Assembly: GCA_965112735.1 (NCBI GenBank)
Contig: OZ218950.1
Location: forward strand, 7,254,001-7,318,000
Origin: Phaeosaccion multiseriatum
Lineage: Eukaryota > Protista > Ochrophyta, other classes
Direction: 5' to 3'
Length of the DNA: 64,000 nucleotides
Numbering within the stretch: the stretch's first letter is position 1; every line of letters begins with the position of its first letter. The translations under genes and the position numbers were made by a program. Below the pieces are notes generated by a model. It was not told the origin of the DNA, searched no databases, and worked only from the letters and a program-made list of their open reading frames with translations. Shown piece by piece: positions 1-13,027 of this stretch.

Positions 1-366
1 CCATCCTACATCTCATTTAACCGTGTTTTTTTTTTGTTGTTGTTTTTTTTTTTTTTTTTTTTTTTTGTTTGTCGAACCGCCTCGACCTCCCGCAGTATGT
101 CAAGGAATATCGATAAGGTCGATATTATCGCTCCTCGTGGGCTTTTTTTGTGGCCATCCCCCTTTCTCTTCTTCCCCTCCTCCTATTCAACGCTGCTCTC
201 TCTTCAGTCTTCCACGTCGTTCTCTACTCCTTGTTCTGTGGTCCCGCTTGCGTCGCTCCCTCCCGCGCTTTGCTCTACCAGTACTCTCTGGTTCCCAAAA
301 AAAAAAAAGAAGAAAAAAGTCCCCATTACATAGACCGGAGTGGAAGAAGAGAAAAGGGGAGCGCAG

Positions 367-1797
367 ATGGATTCTTGGGAAGACGATGACTTCGTGCCGG
401 CCATCCCTGCTCCGGTGGCCAACAACTGGGACGACGAGGAGGACGAGACGGAGCTGGAGCCGGAGGTCTCGTACGAGGGAGGCGCGCCCAAGCTGAGCAA
501 AGACAAGCAGGCCAAGAAGCAGCGGGAAACGGACGCCGCATTAGCGGTGAGTGAGCGGGCCCTGGAAGGTCTGGAAGGGCATCTCTGGAGGGGGAGACGC
601 GGCCAGCCCAACGGAGACCGCACAGAGCGGTTCAGTGTGTGGAGCGTCTGTCCCTGTCTCTCGCCTTGCCCTCCTCCTCACCCTTACCATCGTCGTCCTC
701 CTCACTTCTTCTCCCTCCCTTCTACATGCCGGCACCGCCGCCCTTAGGCCCGTGCAGAGTCCGCCCTGCAAGCCAACGAGACACCGGAAGAGCGCAGACT
801 AAGAGAGCGCATGCAGGTGGAGGAGTCCGACCACGACCTCACGGACGAGCTGTTCGGAGGCGCAAAGAGGGAGGCAGGGAGCATCGAGGACCTGCCCCTC
901 AAGAGCATGGCCGATCACCTCAAGGTAGGGGGGCTGAGATGGTATCAGGTGTCAGGTGTCAGGTGTCAGGTGTCAGCAGGACACAGGTCTGCTTGGGGGG
1001 TAGTGATACACTGCCCATCTCTTCCATGTACCGTTCCCACTACTTTTCTTTGTACGGCACATACCTACCTACCTACCTATGTACCTCTCTTTCTCTTTCC
1101 CTCTCTCACTTTCTCTCTCTCCCTCTCTCACTTTCTCTCTCTCTCTCTCTCTCTCTCCCTCTCTCTCTGCGCCCTCCCTGCATACCCCTCGTGTGGTGGT
1201 CCTCTCCCCTTCCCTCCCTATGCTCTGAAGGTTGCCGTGACTCTGGGGGCTCGCATGGAGAAGAGCAAGTCAAACCACCTCATGTCCTTCTACAAGGAGT
1301 TCATCAGCGCCACTGAGAAGAACCTCTCTGTGGACAATATGGACGAGCTCACCACCATCCTGCTCAAGCGCAAGGCGCAAAAAGAGGCAGAGGCCAAGAA
1401 GCCCAAGGCAAGAATAAGGCCAAGAAGCCAGCGCAGGGCAGGAGAGGAGAGGGATGGGGGCGGGGGGCGCTTTTTTGTCGGCTGAAGGATGAGGAGCTGA
1501 AGCCCCCTCCCGCCTGCTTCACTGCCCCGCTTCGTGGCTGACTCCTCTTTTTCTGTCTGTCTTGTCTGGCGTGTGCCGTGCGTGCCTGCGTGCCTCCCAT
1601 ACCCCACACCCATATGCCTCTCACACGGCTGTTCTCAGGTCCAGAACAAGAAGGACACGAGTGCGAGCTTGAGCAAGAAGAAGAAGGAGCTCTCTGCCAA
1701 GAAGAAAGCGCATGAAGACGTGTTCGGAGGCGTGGACGAGGATGCCATCCAGCAGCAAGGGTACGACTTCGAAGAGGCCTACGATGACTTCATGTAG
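367..1797 (+). CDS. EIF3J: Eukaryotic translation initiation factor 3 subunit J-like; 4 exons: 367-546, 748-924, 1231-1407, 1639-1797
   Basis: Acidic N-terminus MDSWEDDDF..NWDDEEDE, the motif ETPEERRLRERMQVEESDHDLTDELFG and the C-terminal YDDFM* are all typical of eIF3j/Hcr1. The exons join in frame; intron 3 needs a GC donor. Confidence 0.88.
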
Positions 1798-2042
1798 GCG
1801 GGCTGTAGGCGGACTGTTGGCGGGGCGTGTGTGTGCTGAGGAGGCCTCCGGAGGCCTTTGATCGGAGGCCTTTGACTTTTGACTTTCTGGCCGTCGCAGC
1901 TGCGGAGGTGTCTGCGACAGGCCAGCGGGAGGGCGGAAAGGGTGGGGTGGGGAGGAGGGGGGCGAGGGTGGGTCGCTGCTGCGGCGCCCCTGACCTACGC
2001 AATGCAAGCCCTGCCTCTCGCCCGGTTGGCGCCGCCGCTGCC

Positions 2043-2080
<38 letters not shown>

Positions 2081-2189
2081 CCCCGAGCTGTTCGTGTGAG
2101 TGCGTGAGGGGGTGCTCCCCCGGGGTGCAGCGGGCGAGCAGCTTGGGTGGGGGGGGGGGCACGCACGGCCAGGGACGCATACAATGTGC

Positions 2190-2305
2190 AGCAAGGCAAG
2201 GCAAGGCAGAGCCAAGCAAAGCAAGGCAAGGCAGAGCAAAGCAAAGCAAGGCAAGGCAGAGCAAAGCAAAGCAAGGCAAGGCAAGGCAGAGCAAAGCAAA
2301 GCAAG
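2190..2305. repeat. Pentameric microsatellite (GCAAG/GCAAA/GCAGA)n
   Basis: Tandem repeat seen directly downstream of eIF3j. Confidence 0.9.
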
Positions 2306-2562
2306 TTGAAGTTCACGAGAGAGCGGAGAGACACTCCTCTGCAGAGCTTGTGTGTGTGTGTGCGTGCGCGACTCACACCTCCGCAGGGGAGGCATCAGAG
2401 CATCAGTAGCTGGCCTCGTTTCTTGTGTCGTGGACAGCCCTTCCTGGCGGCGTTTGAATCACCAACAGCAGCACTTGATTGAGCGGTTCGCGTCCCTTTG
2501 AGGTCAGCGACGGTACCAGTGTAATTCACCATTCACATGCGTTTTAGCTTTAACACCATTCC

Positions 2563-3155
2563 CCCAGACCCCACACAATGTGTTAGTCTTACAGACCCCA
2601 CACAATGTGTTAGTCTTACAGACCCCAAGGTGTCAGACCCCAAAGTGTTAATCTTCCTTTCCCCCCCCCCTTGTGTTAGTCTTACTATACAGACCCCAAA
2701 AACAAGGGGTAGTTTACAGACCCCACACACCCAATGTGTTAGTCTTGGGTCCATGACAGCAGCCCCTCCAAAGATGTGATGTGCTTGTCTTGTGAGGTAA
2801 AGGGGAGTAGCCGCTTCAGCGCTTCAGAGCCTTTCAAAGGTGGCGGGACACACGAGAATGTGTGACTGAAAATGGCCCAGAAATTGGCGGGACCACTCAA
2901 GGCAAAACAAAGGGGGTGTCCATAAATGAGACTGTAGAGGAAGCTGTCGCCGCCCCCGTCTCTCTGCTGCCACCCTTGTTCCCCTGACTGCTGCCACTGC
3001 CGCAGCTGCCGCGCCTGGCTGCCTATCAACCCAACACATTGCTTGGGGTCTATGGAAAAGGCGGATGAAAAGGCCACCCCATTCATGGCTGTGCTGTTTA
3101 ATGGACCCCGCACCATGACACACCGTGACACACTATCCATGTGTTGGGTCTGGGG
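2563..3155. repeat. Cluster of CAGACCCC/AATGTGTTAGTCTTA repeats (27-bp unit) with inverted copies; possible non-autonomous transposon remnant
   Basis: CAGACCCC occurs at ~2565, 2592, 2619, 2634, 2690 and 2717; inverted copies at ~3031-3052 and ~3146. The region is AT-richer than its flanks. Confidence 0.55.
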
Positions 3156-3643
3156 CACCCAACAAAACTCTTCCTACTTGACTCTCCTTCAAAAGAACTA
3201 AACCCCATACGCTACTGCTTGACTATGCGCCCCCTTGCATGCCGCTCAGTGGCTCAGTCTTGTACATATCTTACACACACACACACGGCATATTCACTTT
3301 CTGTGATACGCCCCACCCCACCGCGGGAAGGGAGGGGGGTATGCCAAAGCGCTACACCGACGATGCCGGAGCTTATGACAGACCCCCACAGAAGCAGAGG
3401 GTATCTATCTCGGGCCACCACAGTGACAGAGGGTATTTATCTCAGACCCCCGGGACCCGCCCGCCCCCCGGGAGAGGACCCGCCCCTCGTCCCAGCACAC
3501 ATGTCCCCGCCCACCGCCAGCACCACCCAGCCACAGCAGTTGGTCGTACAGCCACAGCCAGTCACTCCTTGTTGGGGCAAGGCACAAGACGAGGAGGGAG
3601 CAGGCCTCCCTAATAACATGGCTCGAGGCTCGAGGCTCAAGGC

Positions 3644-4140
3644 TTAAGCGCTGTTCAAGGACTCGGTGGAGCCCTCTGCCACCAGGCCGCCGTCTGAGGA
3701 ATCGCGGCGGAAGCTGACAGAAAGGGGGGGAGGGAGGGAGGGGCGCCATCAGAAATGGGCAGGGCACAAGTGAGACTCCATTCCTCGACATCTAAACTCG
3801 ATGTACGACGTATGGTATCACATGTCATCTTCCCATTACTGAAGACGAGGAAGGTCCGGCGGGAAGGGCAAGGTACTTTCGCCTTACGTACGTAACACTT
3901 ACGTACCCTTACACATGCACCCTTGACACCCTTACACACCCGTTACTCACTTGGTCTCCCTGGAGATTTCCATGGCTTGCACCACCCACTCCATCATGAG
4001 CTCAGGCGTGGCCACGCGGACCTTCATGATGCGAGCAGACTCCGTTTTGAACATGCCTGCAAAAGGGGGAGGGGAGGGGAGCATCAGCGGTGAGAGCCAG
4101 GGAAAGGTCGGGATGCAGAGAGAGAGAGAGAGAGCAGAGA

Positions 4141-4173
<33 letters not shown>

Positions 4174-4908
4174 CGCACGGCAGACAGACAGACAGACAGA
4201 CAGACAGACACAATATCGGATAGCAGCGTTCCGCAAGGTCCAATACACTGAAACTGAGAAACCTGCCCACAGACTTGGGACTCACTCTTGAGACCGGTAT
4301 TCTTCTTCGCGCCCGTGATGGTGAACTGCCTTTGGTGCTCCTCAGAATCCTTCGAGCGAGCCTTCGTCGAGTTGCGCGAGAGATCGAGCGACCAAGTGGG
4401 CATGAGGACTACGCCCGCCTGGTTGCTCTTTCCGAACTTGCTGTGTACGTCAATGTCCGGGGGGGTTAGGCGGTCGAGGGCCGGACCGATCTCCTTGCTG
4501 ACGTCGTCCGGGAGGGCGAAGAGGTGCATCCAGTTGTCTCGCGTGATGACGCCCACGCCGTGGATCCAGTCGTGGTTGGCCATAACCTCTCCACGCTTGT
4601 ACTCCAGCAAGTCTGCCTTGGTGAGCAGAGGAGAGTTCAGCATGTCCGAGAGCTTGGTCATCTGCCCTGCATGAGGCGGGGTGGGCATGTTTGTCACCTC
4701 CTGCACCACGGTCTCCGGGCTGAGCTTGGCGCGGGACTGCACGGGGGAGTCGCCGCCCTCCTCCTGCCCATGCCCTCCTCCTCCTGCTGCCGCTCCGCTC
4801 GGGGCCTTGCCGATGTTCTTCTCCACCTCGGCATTGAGTTGCTCCAGTTCAAGCTCCATCTTCGTCAGTGACTCGCGGAACGGGCTGGCCAGCTGATCAA
4901 CCACACGC

Positions 4909-4988
<80 letters not shown>

Positions 4989-7233
4989 GTAGAGTGAGCA
5001 GAGTGAGGGCTGGCACAGCAAGGAGAGAGTGAAGGGAGTCACATCCCCCTTCGGCGGGGAGGAGAGAACGGGGGTCAAGTAGGCGAGAAGGGAAGCCTCC
5101 CTTCCTCCCTCCCTCCCTCCCTCCCTCCCTCGCTCCCTCCACAACCCACACACTGCTCTCTTCCCTCTCCCCACGGCCACTCCCACTCACGCACTCACCG
5201 CGCCGATACCCGTCCAGGTGTCTTGCTCTGAGTCCAAGAGAGAGTTCAGAAGCTCCTGCACCGTACGGCGCTGCCTCAACACGATCTCCCTGAAGGGGGG
5301 GTGCAAGTCAGTCCGTCAGTCAGTCAGTCAGTCAGTCAGTCAGTCAGTCAGTCAGTCAGTCAGTCAGCCAGTCAGTCAGCCAGACAGTCAGTCAGTCCGT
5401 CAGTAAGTCAGCAGTCTGTCCGCGAGAGCCATCAATCCGCCCAGCCCGTATGATGGCTTGACCAGACCTGCCCACACCTCCTCGACAACGGCCGGCCCAC
5501 ACCCCCTGACACCCAACACACACACCCTCTCATACCCAACCACACCCACTCACCCCCCCACACACCTACCCACACCCACTCACTTGATCTCGGCGAAGAG
5601 CCCATTCATGATGGTCGTGTAGCTCTTCCACGCCCTTCGCTGCTTCTCGGCTGAGGCATAGTAGTAATGCTCTGCGAGCCACTGGTCTGTGTAGGCGGCC
5701 TTGTCGAGGTCTCTGGAGCCCGACTTCTCTCTGGCGGTGGTGTGGCTGTAGGTGACGCTGTCCACCACTTGCTCGAAAGCACTGCAGAGAGGAGCCAAGT
5801 GTGTTGGTATAGGATTGGCTGACGTGCACACGACACTCACAAAGACCATCACAGCACCAGCAGAGAGCCGCTTCCGTCTCCTCCGTCCCTCCCTCGCTGA
5901 CCTCATCATCCTTCAACGTCTTCACCTTCTCCTTCTCCGACTCACCGAGACACAAACTCATCGCCGCTAGGCTGCAGGGCCATGACCCTGTCCCCCTCGA
6001 GGAGGGCCTTAGCGGCCTGCTCGTTGGTCTCCGTGGCCATTTCCTGCAGGGGCGCAATCTCGGCCGTTTCGGTCAGTAGGCAGAACTTGTGGTACTCCTG
6101 CCCTGCCACGGTGTCCTTCGAGGCGAGATGGGCAAGCGCCCGGCGAGAGGGGTTCTCGTCCTCCAGGTCCTGAGGGGGGGGATGGGGGGGAGGGAGGGAG
6201 GGGGGGAGGGAGGGAGAGAGAGGCTCGTGGGGGAGGGCAGGAGCACGACCGTTCCTTCCAGAGCTTGGAAGCAGGAGCGAGTCTTACATTGCAAGGCATC
6301 TTGGTGTGGAGGGCGCTGAGTGTGTCCGCTGCTTGACGTTGGGCCAGCACTCGGGCTTGTGGAGAGAGAGAAAGAGAGGGGGTCAAGGGGTCAAGGTTGC
6401 GAGCGAGACGACGAAGCAAAGCGAAGCAGGTAGGGCACGGGGAAGTCTCACCTCTGAGGTAGACAATGGTATGGTTGACAACGGCCTGTGAGTCCGCCAG
6501 CACCACTTTCATAGCGGCGAAGTACGCCCTGCACAGAGACAGCGGAAGGGAAGGAGTAAGAGGTGATCAGCGGGCCCAGGGGGGGGAAGAAGGGTGGGAG
6601 TCACAGCAAGGACCCGCAGGAAGTTGTTGGCTCACAGGACCCAGTACTGTACCTGAAGCTATCCTGCTGGCGCTCAAAGAAGACGGCCCTGCTGTTCTCG
6701 TAGTCCTTGACTAATTTATAGTCGGCGGCCTTGGCGGCTTGCCTCTCCGACGCGATCTGCGACCCCTTCCTCGTCACGCTGCCTGGGGGGCCGATGGTGG
6801 CGATGGGGGCATCAGTGGGTTCGGTGGCGGTGGCGGCCGCAGCTGGGGGTTGCTCAACCTCGGCCACAGGAACTTCAGGTTCCTCAGACACCGCGGCGGC
6901 TGGGGGCTGCTCGGGCACGGCAGCTGGGGCTTGCTCAGGCTCAGGCACGGGAGTTGGGGGGGGGGGGGGACCGGCGACTGGGGCTTCCTCGGGCGTAGGC
7001 ACAGCGGCTGGGGGTTCCTCAACCGCAGCAGGCCTCCCCTCCCTCGGCGGTACGGGAGGGGCGGCGTTGGGTACTCCAGGAGGATTCGCGTCCGCCACAG
7101 CAGCCTTGGCACCTTCCACAGATTCGCTCACTGCAACCTTCCCATCCTCCACAGTCTCGCTCTTAGCCTTGTCAACTCCCGCTGATAGATCTTCCGAAGC
7201 GACCTTCACACTCGTGGGCACCGCCGAGCTCAT
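3644..7233 (-). CDS. Multi-exon protein: Pro/Ala/Glu-rich N-terminus, helical coiled-coil (BAR-like) middle, C-terminal PH-like domain
   Basis: ATG at 7233 (MSSAVPTSVK..). About 10 exons with GT-AG boundaries. The PH-like segment reads YKRGEVMANHDWIHGVGVITRDNWMHLFALP..WSLDLS..FTITG..MKVRVATPELMMEWVVQA. The last exon ends ..STESLNSA* at 3644. Confidence 0.65.
5306..5405. repeat. (CAGT)n intronic microsatellite, reading (ACTG)n on the sense strand just upstream of an acceptor
   Basis: Seen directly. Confidence 0.9.
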
Positions 7234-7769
7234 CTCGAAAGTACTGAGAGCTTCTCCTGCTCTGCTGTTACTGAAGTGTAGAGAGATGAAGAAAAAAAAG
7301 AAGATATGAAAAGGGTCGAAGATAGAAGGGATGCGAACCATTTGGGGAAATTTATGCCCAACACGTGAAGCATCCGGTCGCCTGTTCCGCTCGCTTGCCC
7401 AAATCTCTGACAACATCGATTTTTTTTTAGTATCCCGCGACGTATTGATACACCTAATTGACGCACGTTTGCTGCTTGACTCTCGGTTGATTTTGTAGTA
7501 GGTGCTGCTACTGGTGCTGGTGCTTCGGTTCTTTCGGGGGTTCGGTTGAATTGGCCGCTTTCTCGGACGAAACAACGAGCACAACAGGAGGAAAGAGGGG
7601 AAGGGAACAAAGGGGAATCACCCTTTCCATAACGGGTTTTGATTCAGATTAGCTTGTCTGGTCCTCTTGATGGGCCGGGGGGGGGGGGGGGGCGAGGGTA
7701 GGTCGATTTCTGAAAGACTGAGTAAGTGAATGAGAGGAGCAAGAGAATGAGGAGGAGAGCAGAGGGTTG

Positions 7770-8519
7770 ATGGAAGCGGAAGCACATCACCACACCGACG
7801 ACGGAGACGGCGGCGACGGAATTGGAACGGAGGTCGCACTTTGCAGCACCATGAGTGGCGCCGGCAGCAGCGGTAGAAGCGATGACCCGATCGACTCGGT
7901 AGGTGGGTCCTTCCCGTCAGAAGCAGGAGCAGCAGCAGCGGCGGGGCTGGAGCTGGGATCATCGTCGGCAGCACTGGCGTGTTGCCTACCCTGCCGAACG
8001 CTTGCTCGCCTGCTGCCTGCGTGGCTGTCGGACTTTTGCTGTATCCCGTGCTGCCAGTGGTGCCTTCGACAGGCGCGCCGCGCCAGCCCTTCGAGCAGCG
8101 GGGAGCGGGAGCGGAGGGAGAGGAGGAACAGGAGGGGCAGGAGGCGGGAGAGAGAAGTCATGGGCCGCGCCGGGGCAGCTGGGACTCTTGCAGGTGCGGA
8201 GGAGAGGCCATGTACAATGTACACTCTCACCGAAAGTGTGAGATGCTTGTGCCCTGCTCCTTGTCCAATGTGCGTCCTAACCTTACACCGTAATGTGCCT
8301 GACACTCTGCACCCCTCCTCAGGTGCGGGGACGGGGCGGCGTCTGGGCGGGCGGCTGAGCGGGGGCAGCCGAAGCTCGCTTCTCTACGGCCAGAGAGGGG
8401 GCGACTACGAGCTGGTGGGGGGGGGCGGCCCTCCCAGTGGAGCCCACATAGAAGACTCCAAAGCCCGCCGATCGGTAAGGCAGCAGACCGACCTAAGTGG
8501 GCTTGGTTGTGTACGTGTA

Positions 8520-8586
<67 letters not shown>

Positions 8587-9434
8587 GGGTGGGTGTACGC
8601 GCTCCAGAGTGTGTGTGTATGTGCGGCATGCGTGTGCTTGTGAAGAGCAGGAAGGGAGGGGCTCTACTCTGGGATGCACGTGTATAGAGAGTGAGAGAGG
8701 AGACTGAGAGGGCCAGGCCAGGCAGGAGCAGGGACCCCCCGAGTCGCATCACGAGGCGACGTTGAGTCTCTTCGCTCTCCCTGCCCTCTCTTTGCCTCTC
8801 TCTTCCCCGTCTCTGACCTCTCTCTTCGCTCTCCCTGCCCAACCTCTGCCCCCTCTCTTCTCCTTCCGACCAGTCCTCGTCCTCCAGCAGCGCTCTGCAA
8901 CGCCTGCGCGAGAAGGAGGCACGCTTCATCAAAGGCGAGTTCGTTATGCCAGGCAGTGCGGCGCAGCACAGCCAGAGGGACCGTGCCAGGGCGGCCTCAA
9001 GAGCCGAGGCTGAGCTCCTGAGGGGCGACCGACACGCACACGCCGGCGTGCAGGACCAGAGCCAGGGCGGGGAGAAGGGGGCAGAGGGGGGGCAGCAGCA
9101 GCAGGGGCAGCAGGAGGAGGGGCAGGGGCAGGAGGAGGCGCCCGAGGCAGAGTGTGTGGTGTGCCTGGAGGACTTCACCGCGGAGGACCCTTGCATGCTC
9201 ACGCTGTGCAGCTGCGGCGTCAACCGCACTCTGTTCCACTACCGCTGCCTGCTGCAGTGGGTGGGCGGCCTCGACGATGCGGACAACGCCTTCTGCCCGG
9301 CCTGCAGGAGCCCTCTCTTTTATGAGGAACACGTCAACTTGCTCCGGCACAGGGAGGGCCAACAGCAGCAGCAACAACAGCAGCAACAGCAGCAGGGTGC
9401 TTCTTCCTCGCAAGAGACACCTGCCATCTTGTAG
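7770..9434 (+). CDS. RING-CH (C4HC3, RINGv)-type zinc finger protein, putative E3 ligase; exons ~7770-8193, 8323-8474, 8874-9434
   Basis: CVVC..LCSC..LFHYRCLLQW..CPAC gives C4HC3 spacing. The splice sites join an N-terminal low-complexity part. Confidence 0.75.
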
Positions 9435-9572
9435 GCGTGTAGAGTGTAGAGTGTAGACATACGTTATCGCAAGGGACATGTGCCATTTGTAGGCTTCTAG
9501 AGTGTATAGTGTAGACATACGTAATGCAAGGGACATGTGCCATTTGTAGGCGTGTAGAGAGTAGAGTGTAGA
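9415..9572. repeat. ~57-bp tandem repeat (about 2.5 copies) overlapping the RING gene stop codon
   Basis: The unit tgtaggc..agagtgtagagtgtagacatacgt..gcaagggacatgtgccatt is repeated. Confidence 0.85.
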
Positions 9573-9905
9573 AATAAGAGGAACCTCGATAGGAGGCCCC
9601 GATGAAGAGCCAAGTAGTAAGTAGTAGTAAGTAGTAGTGGGAAACAAGGTTTGGGTTACAAACGGTAAACTTAATGTACAAACAAACGAGTTGGCTGTAC
9701 CTCATATACGTATCTGTTGCTTAGCAAGCTGCTCTTCCTCGGCCGTAATTCCTTCTCCTCACTATTATCTGCTTACGCCCGGGGCTTGGTTTTTTTTGTT
9801 TTTTTCTCCTCAAAAGACGAGCACCACCTGGGCAGCTCAGTAAGGCGCACCAACCAACGAGTGGACCGATTGATTGATTGATTGATTGATGGATGGATTC
9901 CCTCA

Positions 9906-11573
9906 TCATGTGGTCCGGCCCGTTTGATAGACCACCACCTGACCATCCGCCAGCCCGAGGAAGAGCTGATCCGAGCCAAGCTCAGCCGTATCCGCGGGAT
10001 GGTGGAGCCACAAGCACTTGATGCGACAAGGCGCTCGGAACACCCTCTGCAGGCCGAGAGTGCTCAAGGACCACATGCGTAGCTCGGCTCCATCGCAGGC
10101 CGAGTATAGGTGGGAGGGGCTAAGGTAGAGGGAGGTGATGGACATGGAGTGGGCGGTGATGCGTACGACCTGAGTGTGGCCGAAGCGCCCCTTCGTAGGC
10201 ACGTTCCAAACCTGAGAGACGAGGGGAGGGGAGCGGGAGGAAGGGGGGAGGGGAGGGGAGGGGAGGGGAGGGGAGGGGAGGGGAGCGGAGGGGAGGGGAG
10301 GGGAGGGGAGGGGAGCGGGAGGGGAGGGGAGGGGAGGGGAGGGGACGGGAGGGGAGGGGAGGGGAGGGGAGGGGAGGGGAGGGGAGGGGAGGGGAGGGGA
10401 GGGGAGGGGAGGGGAGGGGAGGGGAGGGGAGGGGAGGGGAGGGGAGGGGAGGGGAGTGGGAGGGGAGGGGAGGGGAGGGGAGGGGAGGGGAGCGGGAGGG
10501 GAGGGGAGGGGAGGGGGAGGGGAGGGGAGTGGAGGGGAGGGGAGAGAAGGGGAGGGGAGGGGGAGGGGAAGGGGAGGGGAGGGGGAGGGGAGGGGAGGGG
10601 AGCGGGAGGGGAGGGGAGGGGAGAGGAGGGGGAGAGGAGGGGGAGGGGAAGGGAGGGGAGGGGAGGGGAAGGGGAAGGGGAAGGGGAGGGGAGGGGAGGG
10701 GAGGGGAGGGGAGGAGAGGGGAGGAGAGGGGAGAGGAGGGGAGAGGAGGGGGAGAGGAGGGGGAGGGGAAGGGAGGGGAGGGGAGGGGAAGGGGAGGGGA
10801 GGGGAGGGGAGTGGGAGGGGAGGGGAGGGGGAGGGGGAGGGGAGGAGAGGGGAGGGGAGGGGAGGGGAGGGGAGGGGAGGGGGAGGGAGGGAGAAGAGTC
10901 AAGCGTGATACGGGTGAGAAGAGCAAAGTAGAGTAGCAGAGGAATTCCATGTCTTGGATGGCAGTGGACGGCCCCTTGACTTACCACTACACTTCCGTCC
11001 CGAGAGCCCGAGAACATGTACCTATAGAGAGCAGCACAGAGCAACGAGGGGGAAATCGTGTAATCTGTTAAGGGCTGGATGAGTGTCTCGGTGAGAGTGA
11101 ACACGTGTGGCAGAGAGGCACCATCGCGATGATCGCCTTTGGCCTTTGCCGCACTCTGTTATTGCTCCACTGCCACGTGATACGTGCATGCGTGAGTGCG
11201 TGCGACGGTGTTGTTCCGCTGCCGACGGAATGAATGACCGACGGAAAGAATGTAGGGCCCACGGAATGAATAAAGGGCCGACGGAACAAATGAAGGGCCG
11301 ATCTACCTGAAGGTTCCGTGCGGCCCCCCACAAGCCATGCAGTTGATGGGCACCTTGCCGTGGCGTAACTCCTCCTGCAGGCAGAAGGGCAACGGCTCCA
11401 GGTGCATGTGACACTCGTGACGGTCCTGGGGAAGGCGTGGGAGGGTGGGGGAAGGCAGTGGAGGGTCAGACAGAGGGTTGATGGGTGGACGGACAGACCG
11501 ACAGGCGGATGGGCGAACACAAGCAGAGAGATAGATAGATAGATAGATAAGATAGATAGATAGATAGATAGAG

Positions 11574-11648
<75 letters not shown>

Positions 11649-12989
11649 GATAGATAGATAGATAGATAGATAGAGAGGGAGTAGAAAAAAGGAGAGATAG
11701 AGAGAGACAGACACACACACACGCACGCACCTCGCGATGGCATACGGCGTGCACAGGATACACGTAGATGTGTCCGTTGCTGCTGCCCGCGTAGAGGTGG
11801 AAGTCGCTGCACGCCACTGCCTGGAGAGTGCCGTGATGCGGGATGACGGGACGCACTGTGGCGGAGCACGTGTGGCTTGCCATGTCCCACACCTTAGGGG
11901 GAGGGGAGGGAGGAGGACAGCCGGTCATTCGGCGAGCCAGTCAGTCAGTCAGTCAGTCAGTCAGTCAGTCAGTCAGTCAGTCAGTCAGTCAGTCAGTCAG
12001 TCAGTCAGTCAGTCAGTCAGTCAGTCAGTCAGTCAGTCAGTCAGTCAGTCAGTCAGACAGTCAGTCAGTCAGTCAGTCAGTCAGTCAGTCAGTCAGTCAG
12101 TCAGTCAGTCAGTCAGTCAGTCAGTCAGTCAGTCAGTCAGTCAGTCAGTCAGTTAGTCAGTCAGTCAGTCAGTCAGTCAGTCAGTCAGTTTGTCAGTCGG
12201 TCCATCATTTAGTCAGTCAGTGTCAGCCAGATAGTCAGTCGGTCCATCAGTCTGTCAGTGAGTCATTCTGTTAATGGTCCTTCAGTCAGTCAGTCAGTCA
12301 TTCAGTATGTCATTAAGTCATCGCTGGCTGGAGGCTCTCCCACACCTTAAGAGAGCGGTCGTCGGAGGCCGTGTACATGAAGCAGCGGTGCGCAGGGGTG
12401 CTGTGCGGCTTACAGTAGCCCCTACGAGTGAGCAAGTCAAGGCATATGAGGAAGCAAGTAGAGGCGTATGGGGGGGAGGGGGGATGGGTAGGCAGTCAGA
12501 CGAAGACTCAGAGGGGGGTTAGGGCCGACGGTCGGTCTTACGAAAGGATACGTACGTGCTCTGCACGGAGAAGCACGCGCCCCTTACGAAGGTGTTGTGT
12601 TCCCACATCTGTGCACGGTATTGAATGTTCCGCGGGTTGAAGGCCAGGGCGTACTCCCGGATGCTGGGGGGGGGAGGGACGGAGGGAGGGAGGGAGGGAG
12701 GGAGGGAGGGAGGGAGGGAGGGAGGGAGGGAGGGAGGGAGGGAGGGAGGGAGGGAGGGAGGGAGGGAGGGAGGGAGGGAGGGAGGGAGGGAGGGAGGGAG
12801 GGAGGGAGGGAGGGAGGGAGGGAGGGAGGGAGGGAAGCGCGCAGGGGTTGAGGAAAGAGGGCGAGTGCAGTCTCAGTTTGAGTCTCAGTTTGAGCCACAG
12901 TTTGAGCAACAACTTGTAACCCTGCATCCGAGCGGAGACGCCAAGGTTAAACAAGGAGGGAGCCGGGCCTACGTGGGACTTACACACAC

Positions 12990-13027
<38 letters not shown>

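Noticed and set aside
2563-2750. Short repeats resembling a CRISPR array
   Set aside because: There are no unique spacers of regular length and no cas genes, and the context is eukaryotic.
3141-3647. ORFs next to the repeat island as a transposase remnant
   Set aside because: No DDE, zinc-finger or RT motifs are visible; the region probably overlaps the 3' UTR of the PH gene.
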